DNA of 64,000 bases from contig OZ245033.1 in the NCBI GenBank assembly GCA_965224025.1, forward strand, positions 3,776,001-3,840,000. The letters run 5' to 3'. A program made the translations under genes and the position numbers. Numbering within the stretch: position 1 is the first letter of the stretch; every line of letters begins with the position of its first letter. The notes under the pieces are model-generated. The model was not told the origin of the DNA and searched no databases. It saw nothing but the letters and a program-made list of their open reading frames with translations. The DNA is from Candidatus Multivorans sp. Lineage in GTDB: Bacteria; Acidobacteriota; Thermoanaerobaculia; Multivoradales; Multivoraceae. Of this stretch, positions 51,493-63,900 are shown piece by piece.

Positions 51493-52520
51493 GCCGCCTT
51501 CCCCGCCTGGTCAAACGCCGGCGCGGAGGCCTCTTTGTTGCCGCCGTCCTCGCCGGCATCGTCCTCCACCGGCCGTGTCGCGCGCACGAAGCCCAAGGCC
51601 TGCTCGCAGGTGCGGTCGATCTCCTCGGGCAGGGGCAGGTGGGCCGCGAACTTGACCTGGTCCGTGGCGACCAGGAACCGCTCAAGGCGCCTTGCCTGCA
51701 CCGGATCGAGCCGGATCAGAGCCAGCCGGCTCAGGATCTCCTCCGTCGTCAGATCGGTGGCGTTCATGCCGAAGCGACCCTCGACGTAGGCCCGGACGAC
51801 CGCCGAGACGGCAAAGTAGTAGCGGCGCAGTTCCCGCAGGTCCGAGAAGTCGGTGCGCCGAAGTCGCTCCAACTCCTGCATCGCCAGGTCGTAGGGTGGA
51901 ATCCGGGGCACTTCCGGACCTTCGCCCCCACGCCCGCGCCGCCGGCGCCACCACCACCACCATGCCGCTGCCGCCAGCACGAGAACCGCGGCGGCAAGTC
52001 CTAGCCACAACAGCCACAGCCGGCCGGTCTCGACCCGGCGCAGCGGCTTGATGTCGCGGATGTCCGTCACCTCGGCGCCGTCCGCCGGCAGCACCGACTC
52101 GACTTCGACCGGGATCTCCGGTGTCTGGAGGTCGCCTGCGTCACCGGCAGGACCACCGTACGTAGCGGAGAGCGCCGGCAGCACGTAGGAACCGACCAGA
52201 TCGGCGCGGAGCTGGAACCAGCGGCGCTCCAGGATCCGGCCCGAAGAAAGAGTCTCCGCCTGGTCCTGGCCGAGGTCCACGATCCGGAAGCCCGCGATGT
52301 CGATTCCGGGGTCAGCCAGGTCGACGCTCACCTCCGGCTTGCGCTCGACTACGACTTCGTAGGTGATCAGGTCGCCGGTCGTGGCGGTGGCGCGGTCGAC
52401 CGCGGCCCGCAGCTCCGCCGGCGGCTTCGGCGCCTCCCCGGTGCCGGCCTGTTCCTCGACGGCGCCGCACCCCAGGAGGAAGAGCGCCGCAGCAAGTCCG
52501 GTAGCGAAGCGAACGACCAC
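51489..52520 (-). CDS. Bat-operon membrane protein (possible lipoprotein)
   Basis: LLGC lipobox-like, IRDIKP, LTTEE, DQVKFA. Confidence 0.75.
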   Translation of the reverse strand: MVVRFATGLAAALFLLGCGAVEEQAGTGEAPKPPAELRAAVDRATATTGDLITYEVVVERKPEVSVDLADPGIDIAGFRIVDLGQDQAETLSSGRILERRWFQLRADLVGSYVLPALSATYGGPAGDAGDLQTPEIPVEVESVLPADGAEVTDIRDIKPLRRVETGRLWLLWLGLAAAVLVLAAAAWWWWWRRRRGRGGEGPEVPRIPPYDLAMQELERLRRTDFSDLRELRRYYFAVSAVVRAYVEGRFGMNATDLTTEEILSRLALIRLDPVQARRLERFLVATDQVKFAAHLPLPEEIDRTCEQALGFVRATRPVEDDAGEDGGNKEASAPAFDQAGKAA

Positions 52521-52523
52521 GAC

Positions 52524-53456
52524 CTACACCCGTACCGTCTGTTCGCGCGCCCGCAGGTAGCGGACGACCGGATCGATCCACGGGCGATCGGCCCAGACCT
52601 GGATCTCGCCGACGCCGGCCTGGCGGAACTGCTCGGATCGTCGCGTCAGGTCCTCGCGGGCCACGCGGGCGAAGCTGTCCGACACCCGCCGGCTCGCCGT
52701 GTCGATGACGATCGTCTCCCCGGTCTCCGCGTCCTCGAGTTCGACCAGACCCATCCGCGGCAGGCTGACCTCGCGTTGGTCGAGGACCCGGATCGCGGTC
52801 AGGTCGTGACGGCGAGCAGCCACCCGCAAGCGCTCGGAGAAGCCCTCATCCAGGAAGTCCGAGATGACGAAGCCAACCGACCGGCGCGGCACCACCCGGC
52901 CCAGGTAATCCAGAGCGCCGTCGAGGTCGGTGCCGCGGCCCGTCGGTCGGAAGCTCAGCACCTCCCGAATCACGCGCCAGACGTGGGAGCGCCCCTTCTT
53001 GGGCGGGATGAAATGCTCGATCCGATCCGAGAAGATGATCATGCCTACCCGGTCATTGTTCTGGATCGCGAGGTAGGCGAGCACGGCGGCGACCTCCGCG
53101 ACGACCTCGCGCTTCTGCTTCTGGGCAGTGCCGAAGGCGCCTGAGGAACTGACGTCGACGATCAGCATGACCGTCAGCTCCCGCTCCTCCCGGTGCTCCT
53201 TGACGAAGGGGCTCGACATCCGCGCCGTCACGTTCCAGTCGACGTGGCGGATGTCGTCCCCCGCCGTGTACTCGCGCACCTGCTCGAACTCCATGCCCCG
53301 GCCCTTGAAGGCGCTGTGGTATTCGCCCGCGAGGGCGTCGGTCACCAAGCCCTGGGTGCGAAGCTGGATCGTCTTGATCCGCGCCAGCAGCTCAGGCGAA
53401 AGGGTCGCCTCATGCCGCTGCTGGTTCGCGGTTTCGTGACGCCGGAAGAACCACAT
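52524..53456 (-). CDS. DUF58 family protein
   Basis: GRGMEFEQVREYTAGDDIRHVDWNVTAR, ISDF. Confidence 0.92.
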   Translation of the reverse strand: MWFFRRHETANQQRHEATLSPELLARIKTIQLRTQGLVTDALAGEYHSAFKGRGMEFEQVREYTAGDDIRHVDWNVTARMSSPFVKEHREERELTVMLIVDVSSSGAFGTAQKQKREVVAEVAAVLAYLAIQNNDRVGMIIFSDRIEHFIPPKKGRSHVWRVIREVLSFRPTGRGTDLDGALDYLGRVVPRRSVGFVISDFLDEGFSERLRVAARRHDLTAIRVLDQREVSLPRMGLVELEDAETGETIVIDTASRRVSDSFARVAREDLTRRSEQFRQAGVGEIQVWADRPWIDPVVRYLRAREQTVRV

Positions 53457-53477
53457 CGATCGCGCTCCGAAGCGACG

Positions 53478-54545
<1,068 letters not shown>

Positions 54546-54783
54546 GTCGGTCGGATTCGCTTCGGTCGTTTCCCGGATGTTTGCGCCGGCGGGACGTCCG
54601 GCTGGGAGAGGCCGAGCCTCGGAGCGGCGCACGGACACCCCATTCACGCCTTCTCCAACCCGCCACTCGCCCAGGTTCTTCCCAAGGCCGGCACGGCGGC
54701 ATGACTCTAACCTAGCCGAGCGCCCGCCTCGGTCTGTTGGCGGGAGGCGTATCCCGGTCGAGAGCACGACACCCCCGTCTCCG

Positions 54784-57700
54784 TCACTTCCGTGGCGCCG
54801 CGGGTCCTCCCAACTGCACGAACGACACCAGTCCGGAATCGACTCTTACCGTTCTCGCGAAACCCGGCCAAGCAGCGGCTTCGACGATCCAGGAACCCTC
54901 CGGAACTTGCTCGAATCGGAACTGGCCCATCGAGTCGGCGTGCGTCCGCTGGAGAAGGTCGAAACGCTCCGCCTCGTAGCGCGTCACCTCGCTCGGCCAG
55001 ATCGACACCTCCGCGCCCACAATCGCTTGTAGCGCCCCGGCACCGTGAACCGAACCCTGCACAACCCCACTGGAGAGCGCAATCGTGACGTACTCGTCCC
55101 TCCGCACGGACACTTCCCGAACGCCAGCGCCAACGCCCAAGAAGTAGCTGCCTCGATTCAGATCATCGAAACTAAATGAGCCGTCGAGGCCGGTCCACGT
55201 TCGGCGCACGGAAGTCCAGTCGGCACCCTCGATCAACAGTACCTGGGTTGACTGGAACGGTAGACCATCCAGAAGGACGGCGCCCTCCACTCTAAAGCGA
55301 CGCTTGAACTCAACGACGACGTACGAATCTCCACCAGTGGTTCGGACACGCCGGTCCGCTCGCCGCTCGCTGTGCCCGACTGTAGCGATCACAACCCATA
55401 AGCCTGCATCGATTCCTCCGATCTCGAAACGACCGTCACTGTCGACCTCGGCCACTCGATGGTCGACTTCATCCACGTTGATCGCCTCCACCAGCAGGCG
55501 CTCCATCTCAGCCGAACCTAAGCCCTCGACGCGGCCCGTGATCCTTGAAGCGCGGCGGATTCGGACAACCGCGTCCGACATCGGTCCCGCAACCCGCAAC
55601 CGGCTCAGCGGCCGGTCGCCCGCCGGCACGCACACTGCCCTCGATCACGGCACCGCGCTGGAGCACGACCTCGACTGGCCCGGGCCGCTCGGGCGTCACG
55701 CTCTCGATGACCGTCGCAACAAAACCGGGCGCGTTCACATGAACGTCGACCCGCGCACTCTCAGTCAGTCCGTCGATCCAGAACTCCCCCGTCTCGGTGC
55801 TGCTCGCCTCCATGCCGTTTCTGGAAACGCGCGGCCGTACGGTCCCGGGCCCCGAGCAGCCCGCTTGTTCTGGTACCCACAACCCGAATCCGCGCTCCCG
55901 GAATCGGTCCGCCCGATTCCTCCAGGACCACGCCTGAGAGACGGAATCCGCGACTTAGTGCCACGACGCCTACGTCAACACCTATCCCCCGGATCTCTAC
56001 ACCTCGAAGCTGACGCCGCGCCATGCCGGCGGCGCGCACCAGAACGTCCCATCTGCCGGGCCAAACAGAGAGCTCAAACGAACCGTCAGCGCGAGAGCGA
56101 CCGCGACGGATCCGCCCGAACGGTCCATCGGCGCCATCAGCGAGTGGTCCAAGAACCAAAGGGCGACCGACCGACACGAAGCGGCCGACGCCGATCTCGG
56201 CGCCGGGCACGGAAACACCGGTTCTGCTGTTCACGACCCTGCCCGTCACCAAGGCCCCACGTTCAAGGCGAATCAGGTGGTCATCCCCCCTGTTCACAAA
56301 GGAGTCGATCGACTGACGGCTCACGGGAAGGTATCCGCGGCGGGCCGCGCGAAGTCCGACGAAGTCAAAGACGGAAGCGCTGATCCTCCCTCCCACCCGA
56401 TCGGTGGCGAAACGGCCATTGGCGTCGGAACGGAGCAGGAGCAACGAAGCGCGGGACGAGCCAGGAACATCGCCACGAATGACGGTGACGCCGCCGTTCT
56501 CAGCCGGTTCGACCCAGTCGAGCAGAAGCTCCGCATTGGCCACGGGTCGGCCCTGACCGTCCACCACTGATCCACTGCTTTTGCGTGCAGGCCGCAGGGT
56601 CGGACAGGACAAGCGGCGCCCCGCGCTAACGGAAAACGCGATCCCCTGAGTTTCGAGGCGCCCATCGGTGCAGCGGGCGTAGCCATAGCCTGCGGCCGCG
56701 AACCAAAGCGCCTCTCCTTCGAGAAGCTCCGCATCGTAGGCGCCGAGTGCGGAGCGACCAAGGGGCGCCGCGGCAGGGAAGACACTGGCTCGCCATGGCC
56801 GATCTGATTCTCGCCAGTAGTACGAAGTCGGCAGGTCGGCCGAACCGGTTCGAGCCGGACCGCGCAGCCCGTCAGGGGAGGCGAAATCGATATGGCCTTC
56901 GACCCTTCGAGACAGCTTGCGCGCGGAAATCGCTCCCCCGGCGCCAATGGACGCTTCGTAGACAGCTCCCGAAGACAACTCCACTATCAGTGTCGAAGCT
57001 CTGGTTTCCCCAGGGTCGAGTTGGGATCTGCCCGCGTTCGTCGCTGACGGCGAGTACGCCTCGCGACTGGTCGCGAACGAGAGCTGCTTTCAGGGGCTGG
57101 CCCGATTCATCCCGCAACAGAAAAGAACGCTGCTCACGAGGTTCCAGGACCACAACGGCACGACGGCCGGAAGCGCAGGGCACCGAGGCAACGCGGAAAC
57201 CCGGTGCGCGAACATGGAGTGTCATGGCCGTTGACTCGCGTAGGCGGTAGTCGGTCAGGCCATGACTGTCGGTTCGGGCAGGGCGATACCAAGGGCGCCA
57301 CGATTGGAACACAGCCGGTCGGGCGCCAGCCGGCGTCTCTACCTCCGGCGCGCTCGACGACCCTGGAAACACCAAGGCGCCGGACACGCCGGCGCCAGCA
57401 GTGTCCTGCACAGCGAGCCTGCAGGAGCCCAAGTTCAGAACAGGCACAGGTACGAGATCTCCGCTGGCGATGGCTGGACGCCAGAGCATGGCCATTGGCA
57501 CGCGACCATCGCCGTGAACCACGATCCACCATGCGTCGCGTTCTTCAGGGACCTCGCTCCTGAAGATGCCGCCAGGGCCAAACGACGCCTGAAACGCGGC
57601 GCGACGAATCGGTTGACCCTCCGACTCTGCAAGTCCGCACTTGTACGGGTCGCAGGCATGGTAGAGCGAGACGGTACCGCCCAAGAAAGGCCCTTCGGCT

Positions 57701-57849
57701 TCATCCCAACGGACGGAGTACTCGTTCCCAACCGCATCGAGCCGAACGGACGAAGCCGCAACAAGAACGGTGCTGAGCGCGACGAAACGAACTGCCGACA
57801 CGGAAGTACGCATTCGCGGAAGCCTATCCGCAAGTATAGGTAACAACAT
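54784..57849 (-). pseudogene. Multi-domain carboxypeptidase-regulatory-like (Ig-like repeat) secreted protein, ~3 frameshifts
   Basis: Overlapping ORFs 56872..57849, 55761..56984, 55508..55882 and 54784..55635 with repeated GxVV..G.PxxGA / DGxF motifs. Confidence 0.65.
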
Positions 57850-57967
57850 CCCCCTCGGGAGAAGTGCAAACCAGGGTGGTCCCGTCGATTCTCACTTCCA
57901 CCGCGTTCACGCACCCTGTCGTCGGCGCCCCGAAACAGCGCCGCCGCACCACAGAGCACCCCCATAG

Positions 57968-59020
57968 AGCCAGGTGACGCGGCTGATCCGGCAGCACCGG
58001 GAGACGGGCCGCATTCGTGACCGCCGCGGCCGGACGACGTTCAAGAAGACGCGGGCGACCGCGGTTGGGATCGGAGAACGGCGCAAGCCACGGCCCGAGG
58101 GGAAGCCGGGTTACCTGCGCGTGGACACGGTGCACCAGGGGGACAAAGACGGCGAGAAGGGCGTGTACCACATCAACCTCGTGGACGAGGTGACCCAATG
58201 GGAGCACGTAGCGACGGTGCGGGCCATCTCCCAGCGGTGTCTGGTGCCGGTGCTCAAGGAGCTCATCGAGTCCTGTCCCTTCAAGGTGCTGGGCTTCCAC
58301 GCCGACAACGGCTCCGAGTATATCAACCGCAAGGTCGCGGAGATGCTCAACCAACTGCACGTCCCCGAGTTCACCAAGTCCCGCAGCCGGCACGGCAACG
58401 ACAACGCCCTGGTCGAATCCAGGAACGGCAACGTGATCCGGCGCCAGTTCGGATACCGGCACATCCCCAAGCTGTTCGCCCGCGAGGTCAACGCCTTCGC
58501 CCGCGATGTGCTCACGCCCTTCCTCAGCTTCCACCGCCCGTGCCTGTTTCCCACCGAGGTCACGGACAAGAAGGGCCGCATCAGAAAGCGCTACCGCTAT
58601 CAGGACACCATGACGCCGTTCGAGAAACTCAAGGCCCTGCCTGACGCGCAGCGGTACCTCAGGCCCGGCGTCACCATCGCCGCCCTCGAAGACCAGGCCG
58701 GCGCCACGAACGACCTCGACGCCGCAGTTGCCCTCAAGCTGGCTCGTGCCACACTCTTCCAACTCATCGACCGGGAGTCCGATCCCCACTGGCGCCGAAG
58801 CGCCTGAACCGCAGAACGCCCAGCCCCATGCCATACGCCGCCCACCACCACCGGCCCAGGCCGGAGCACAACCCCTGTAAGCCGCCGCGGCCTCGCAGCG
58901 GCCGCTACCGCAGGCGGCAGACGGTGCAGAACCGTCTGCCGCTCCAGAACTACACCGAGACCGACCACACTCGACTCTCCATGACGGTCCCGTTCACGCT
59001 CATTTCAGGATTGGACTACG
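57968..59020 (+). mobile_element. Truncated IS with integrase-core (DDE) transposase 57974..58807
   Basis: YLRVDTVHQG, FHADNGSEY, NDNALVESRN; N-terminus missing; right end placed near 59015 by inference. Confidence 0.8.
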
Positions 59021-59024
59021 CTGG

Positions 59025-59645
59025 TCAGATGCCGGACATCCGATCGCCGTCCGCCGACGCCGCGTCCAGGTGGTCGCTGCAGTTGATCCGGGTCGCCCTC
59101 CACGGCGCCCGATTCTCGACGTAGGTGACCGAGGTGTTTCCCCAACGATCGGGCTGCTCCACACCGTCGCCAAGATCCAGGCGATGCAGCGCCAGGGAGT
59201 GGCAGACGAGGCCGTGAGTGACGAAGACACTGTCGCCTTCGGTTTCCCGGGCGAGCTCACGCATCCTGCCCCAAGCCTGGTTGACCCGCCGGTGGAACGA
59301 CGGCCAGTCCTCCCCCGCCGGCGGTTCATACCCGGGTTCCATGATGTCGAGACCGATGTCGGCGTACGCCCGACCTCGCAGGTCGCCGAAGTTGCGTTCG
59401 GCGAGCAACGGCTCGATGATGAGCGGCAGCCCCAGGGCCGCGGCCACCGGCTCCGCGGTCATCTCCGCGCGCCGCAGATGGCTGGCCACGATGCACCCGA
59501 TCGGGCGCTCCTGGTGGTGCTTCAGCAGCCGCGTCGCCAACCGCTCCGCCTGCACCATGCCGCGCTCGTTGAGCGGCGTCTCCGGCGCCTGGACGATCCG
59601 GGCGGCGTTCAAGGCAGTCTCGCCGTGACGCACGATGAGCAGCAC
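59025..59645 (-). CDS. Histidine phosphatase family protein
   Basis: VRHGET, ERNFG, VTHG. Confidence 0.9.
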   Translation of the reverse strand: MLLIVRHGETALNAARIVQAPETPLNERGMVQAERLATRLLKHHQERPIGCIVASHLRRAEMTAEPVAAALGLPLIIEPLLAERNFGDLRGRAYADIGLDIMEPGYEPPAGEDWPSFHRRVNQAWGRMRELARETEGDSVFVTHGLVCHSLALHRLDLGDGVEQPDRWGNTSVTYVENRAPWRATRINCSDHLDAASADGDRMSGI

Positions 59646-59786
59646 GGGCGGCAGGGTATCAACGCGTACCGCCGAGAACGTAGAGCAGCTTGACTCAGCC
59701 CGAACAGGACGTATGTGGGCATGTGGCCGGCGGCGCTAGCTCCCCGAAACCCCTCGCACACTCGGTGTTCGGCCCATCCCGTCCTC

Positions 59787-59845
59787 TCCCAGGAGCTTGA
59801 GCCGTAGACTTGCTTCGCTGCGTTCTACGGCTCAAGCTCCTGGGA
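59787..59845. repeat. Perfect 22-bp inverted repeat with 15-nt spacer
   Basis: TCCCAGGAGCTTGAGCCGTAGA ... TCTACGGCTCAAGCTCCTGGGA. Confidence 0.9.
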
Positions 59846-59863
59846 TCGCAACCCGAGGCCGCC

Positions 59864-60616
59864 ATGCCGCCAAGAATCTCGATCGTCGCCCCGGTCTTCA
59901 ACGAAGCGGGCAACCTGAAACGTCTGGCGGCCGAAACGGCAGACGCGATGGCCGCAGCCGGCATCGACTACGAGTTGATCCTCGTCGACGACCTGAGTAC
60001 GGACGGCAGCCGCGAGGAACTTGCTGCCCTGGCAGCGGGCGACGCGAGACTGCGGGTCCTGAGCCTGGACCGTCACGCCGGCCAGTCGGCGGCCCTGTTC
60101 GCGGGGATACGCGCCGCGCGAGCGTCTCTCATCGTGACCATGGACGCCGATCTGCAGAACGACCCCGCCGACATTCCGGCCATCGTCGCCCTGCTCGAAG
60201 ACCACGATGTCGCGTCGGGAGTGCGCGCGAGACGCCAGGACACGCGACTGCGGCGCCTTGCGAGCCGGATCTCGAACCGGGCCCGGCGGTCGGTCCTCGG
60301 GGATCCCTGCACCGACATCGGCTGCGCGCTCAAGGGCTACCGCGCCGACGTTCTCGAAGACCTGCCCGCCTTCGACGGCCTTCACCGCTTCCTGCCGGTA
60401 CTGGCGCTTCGGCACGGAGGAACGTACGCCGAGATCGCGGTCGGACACCGGCCCCGCACCCACGGCAGGAGCAAGTACAACATCCGCGGCCGCTTCCTCC
60501 GCGGAATCCTGGACCTGTTCGGCGTCTCCTGGTACCGCCGGCGCGCCGTCTCCGTCGCTACCCACCCACTGGAGTGCCCGCCATGCCATCACTCAACCCC
60601 GAACACCTCTGGATAG
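59864..60616 (+). CDS. GT2 glycosyltransferase (DPM/ArnC-like)
   Basis: PVFNE, VDDLSTDGS, MDADLQNDP, LHRFLP. Confidence 0.92.
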   Translation: MPPRISIVAPVFNEAGNLKRLAAETADAMAAAGIDYELILVDDLSTDGSREELAALAAGDARLRVLSLDRHAGQSAALFAGIRAARASLIVTMDADLQNDPADIPAIVALLEDHDVASGVRARRQDTRLRRLASRISNRARRSVLGDPCTDIGCALKGYRADVLEDLPAFDGLHRFLPVLALRHGGTYAEIAVGHRPRTHGRSKYNIRGRFLRGILDLFGVSWYRRRAVSVATHPLECPPCHHSTPNTSG

Positions 60617-60867
60617 CCTTCGGTTACGGCGGGCAGGCCCTCTTCGCCTCCCGTTTCCTGGTCCAGTGGATCGCCACGGAGCGCCGCCGGCAGAGCGTCG
60701 TCCCCACCGCCTTCTGGTACCTGAGCCTGGCCGGCGGTCTCGTGCTGTTCACCTACGCCGTGTGGCGGCGGGATCAGGTGTTCATCGTGGGCCAGAGCTT
60801 CGGTCTACTCGTCTACTCCCGCAACCTCTGGTTCGTACACCGGGGCAGGACGGACACGACCGGCTGA
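60583..60867 (+). CDS. LAB_N (lipid A biosynthesis N-terminal) domain membrane protein
   Basis: GQALFASRFLVQW...SVVPTAFWYLSL...YSRNL. Confidence 0.88.
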   Translation: MPSLNPEHLWIAFGYGGQALFASRFLVQWIATERRRQSVVPTAFWYLSLAGGLVLFTYAVWRRDQVFIVGQSFGLLVYSRNLWFVHRGRTDTTG

Positions 60868-60922
60868 GCGCCGGCGAATCGCCCGCACCCCGGGCTTCGG
60901 GATGCGGGCGAGAGCCCCGGCT
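60868..60922. repeat. Inverted pair of degenerate palindromic elements between convergent genes (possible terminator)
   Basis: GGATGCGGGCGAGA at 60900-60913 is identical to 39241-39254 and pairs with TCGCCCGCA upstream. Confidence 0.6.
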
Positions 60923-60924
60923 GA

Positions 60925-63900
60925 TCAGAAGTTGTACTTGACGCCGAGCTGAACGATCCGGCCGTCGCCGTTCGTCGCGGTGATGACGCCGTAGCCGCGG
61001 TCTCCGATCCGGTTGCCCGGCTGAGCGAAGTTGACCCGGTCGAAGACGTTGAAGGCCTCGATCCGAAGCTGCAGCGAACGGTCGCCGCCGCCCAGCGGGA
61101 TGTTCTTGATCAGAGACAGGTCGATCCGCTCGAAGTCCGGCCCGCGGATGACGTTGCGGCCAGCGTTGCCGCGCTGCGTGGCGGTCTCGGCCAGGCTCAG
61201 CCGCACGAAGCACTCCGTGTTGAACCACTGCTCGACGGTGCGCGGCGCACCCTGGTTCGGGTCGCACACCTGGTTCGGCCTGGAGGTGAGGCCGCGGATG
61301 TCGTCGCCGCGGACCCGGATCGGGAACGGATAGCCGGTCTGGTACTGGAGAATCCCGTTCACCTGCCAGTTGCCGAACAGTCCGCGCACGAAGCCGCTGC
61401 TGTTCTCGAGCGACGGCAGGTCGTAGCCGAAGCTGAGCACCAGGCGGTGCCGGACGTCGAACAGCGCATCGCCCCGCTCACGCTCGAGCGCCCGGTCGAT
61501 CGAACTCAGCCGCTCCAGGTCCACCGGAAAAATAGGCCGCTCCTCGCCGCCGATGTTCAAGCCCGAGACGTGATCTTCGGCAGTGCCGTAGGTGTACGAG
61601 AAGAGGAAGTTGAGGCCGCGCGTGGGCCGCATCCGCACACTCGCCTGCAACGCGTCGTACCAGGATTTCGCCACCGTGAAGGTCGGCCGCACCAGGCTGA
61701 AGGCCGGGAACGTGCGCGGCCCGAGCGTTGTCTGGCCGGGTTCGACCACTCGCGGATTGACCTCCATGAAGATCGGCAGGTTCCGGCCCCGTGAACCGAC
61801 GTAGCCAACCTCGAGGCCGATGTTCTGCCCGAGCTGGCGCTGATAAGTGAGGTTGAAGTGCTGGTAGTTCGGCGTCGTGAAGTGAGAACCCCAGCCGATG
61901 AAGATGATCCCCGGCGGGAATCTCGTTGGCCCGCCCACGAGGTTGGCGAGCGGGTCGGCAAGGCTGACCATGGTCGGCGGCGCATCGAGCTGCAGCAGCG
62001 GATTGAAGGGCGGCGCCAGAACCGAGTTCTGGAAGAAATCGCCCTGCCCGGGAATGCTGTCGAAGAACAGCCCCCAGCCGGCGCGGATGCTGCTGCGCCC
62101 GTCACCCTTCGGATCCCAGGCCATCGCCAGCCTCGGCGCGAAGTTGTTCCTGTCCGTGTCATAGGTTCCCTTCGGCACACCTGCGTCGCCGGGGTAGACA
62201 AGACCAGTCGGCGCATCCGGGAACCGGGTCGACTGCTCGCCGGGCCGGAAGCTGTTCAGGCCGTCACCGCTGTCCTCGAACGGCGTCGCGAGTTCGTAGC
62301 GCAGACCGAGATTCAGGGTCATCCGCGGCGTGACCCGGATCTCGTCCTGAACGTAGTACGAGTAGAGCCAGCCGTCGCCCTCGTTGATCGAGTCGGCGCC
62401 GGGAACCGCGGTGCGGAACCTGGAGGGCATGCCGAGCAGGAAGTCCGCCGCGGCGCTGCCCGTGTGGCGTCCGTTGAACGCGTAGTCACCGTTCGGCCGG
62501 TTGATGAAGCCGATGAACATCTTCTCGTTGCGGATGTCGACTCCGGCCTTGATGGTGTGCCGGCCGGCGAGGATGGTGAAGTCGTCGGTGAACTGCTCGA
62601 CCTCGTTCTCGCGCTTGACGAAGGGCTGGTTCCGGTCGCCCATGCTCGAGAAACCCGAGATCGAGAACTGCGGCAGGCCGACGGCCAGATCGTTGATGTT
62701 CGGGATGTTCAGCCCGTACTCGGAGTTCGTGATGCCGCTGGTCACGACCGGTTCCGCGTCGATCATGCTCGACAGGACGCGCGCCTGGTTGAAGGCGTTC
62801 GAACCGATCGCGGACGTGTGCGAGAGCATGTAGTCGTCGAGGGTCGACGCGGACGTGTTGCCGATCGGCCGCACCGTGGGCGGCTCGAAGCGGTCCGACG
62901 AACTGCGCAGAATCCGCAGCAACACGTTCTGCGCGTCGGTGATCCGGTAGTCGAGGCGCAATCCGAACTGGTCCCGGTCATCCGTGACGTCCGGCGACGC
63001 GATGTACCGGCCGCCGACGTTCGGCAGCGGCATGAAGTCGTTGATCAGCCGCACCGCGATCGGACTCAGCCGGTCGGCGGGAATCACGTTTCCCGGGAAC
63101 GGCTCACCGGTCATCGGATCGACGATCGTCGACCCGCCGGAGAAGTCCCCCATTCGCTGGGCGGCGCTCATCACCGCGATGTTCTGGGTCGTGCCGCGCG
63201 TGTTGCGGAAGCCCTCGTAGTAGCCGAAGCCGAACAGCCGGTCGGTCATCATCGGACCGCCGAGGCTGCCGCCGAACTGGTCCTGCGCCAATGTCGGCTT
63301 GTCCTGGTCCGGCGGCGAGAAGTAGTTGCGGGACTCGAACGAGTCGTCGCGGTTGAACTCCCAGACGCTCCCCCGCACGCTGTTGCCGCCCGACTTGGTC
63401 ACCACGTTGACGATCGAGCCGGCACTCTTTCCGAACTCCGCGGTGTAGGAGTGGGTCAGGATCTTGAACTCCTCGATCGCATCGGGCGGCGGCCGCACGA
63501 CGAAGCCGGTGTTGAACGTGTCGTTGTTCGCGGCGCCATCGAGCAGGAAGTTGTTCGACTGGTTGCGGACGCCGTTGACGCTGAAGCCCGCGGTCGCCGC
63601 GCCGAAGCCATGGATGGCCGCGTCCGCGTCGCCCCGCGCGCCCCCGAGCCGGGCCGGCGGCTCGACCACGCCCGGAATCAGCGTGCCCAACTGGGTGAAG
63701 TTCCGGCCGTTGAGCGGCAACTGGACGATCTTCACTTCGTCGACCACGATGCCCAGGGTCGCGTTGGAGGTCTCGATCAGGGGCGCCTCGCCGGTCACCG
63801 TCATCGTCTCCGAGAACTCGCCCACAGCCATCGCCATGCTGATCCTCGCGGTCTCAGCGGCACTGACGCGGACGCCTTCCCGGCTCAACTGGACGAAGCC

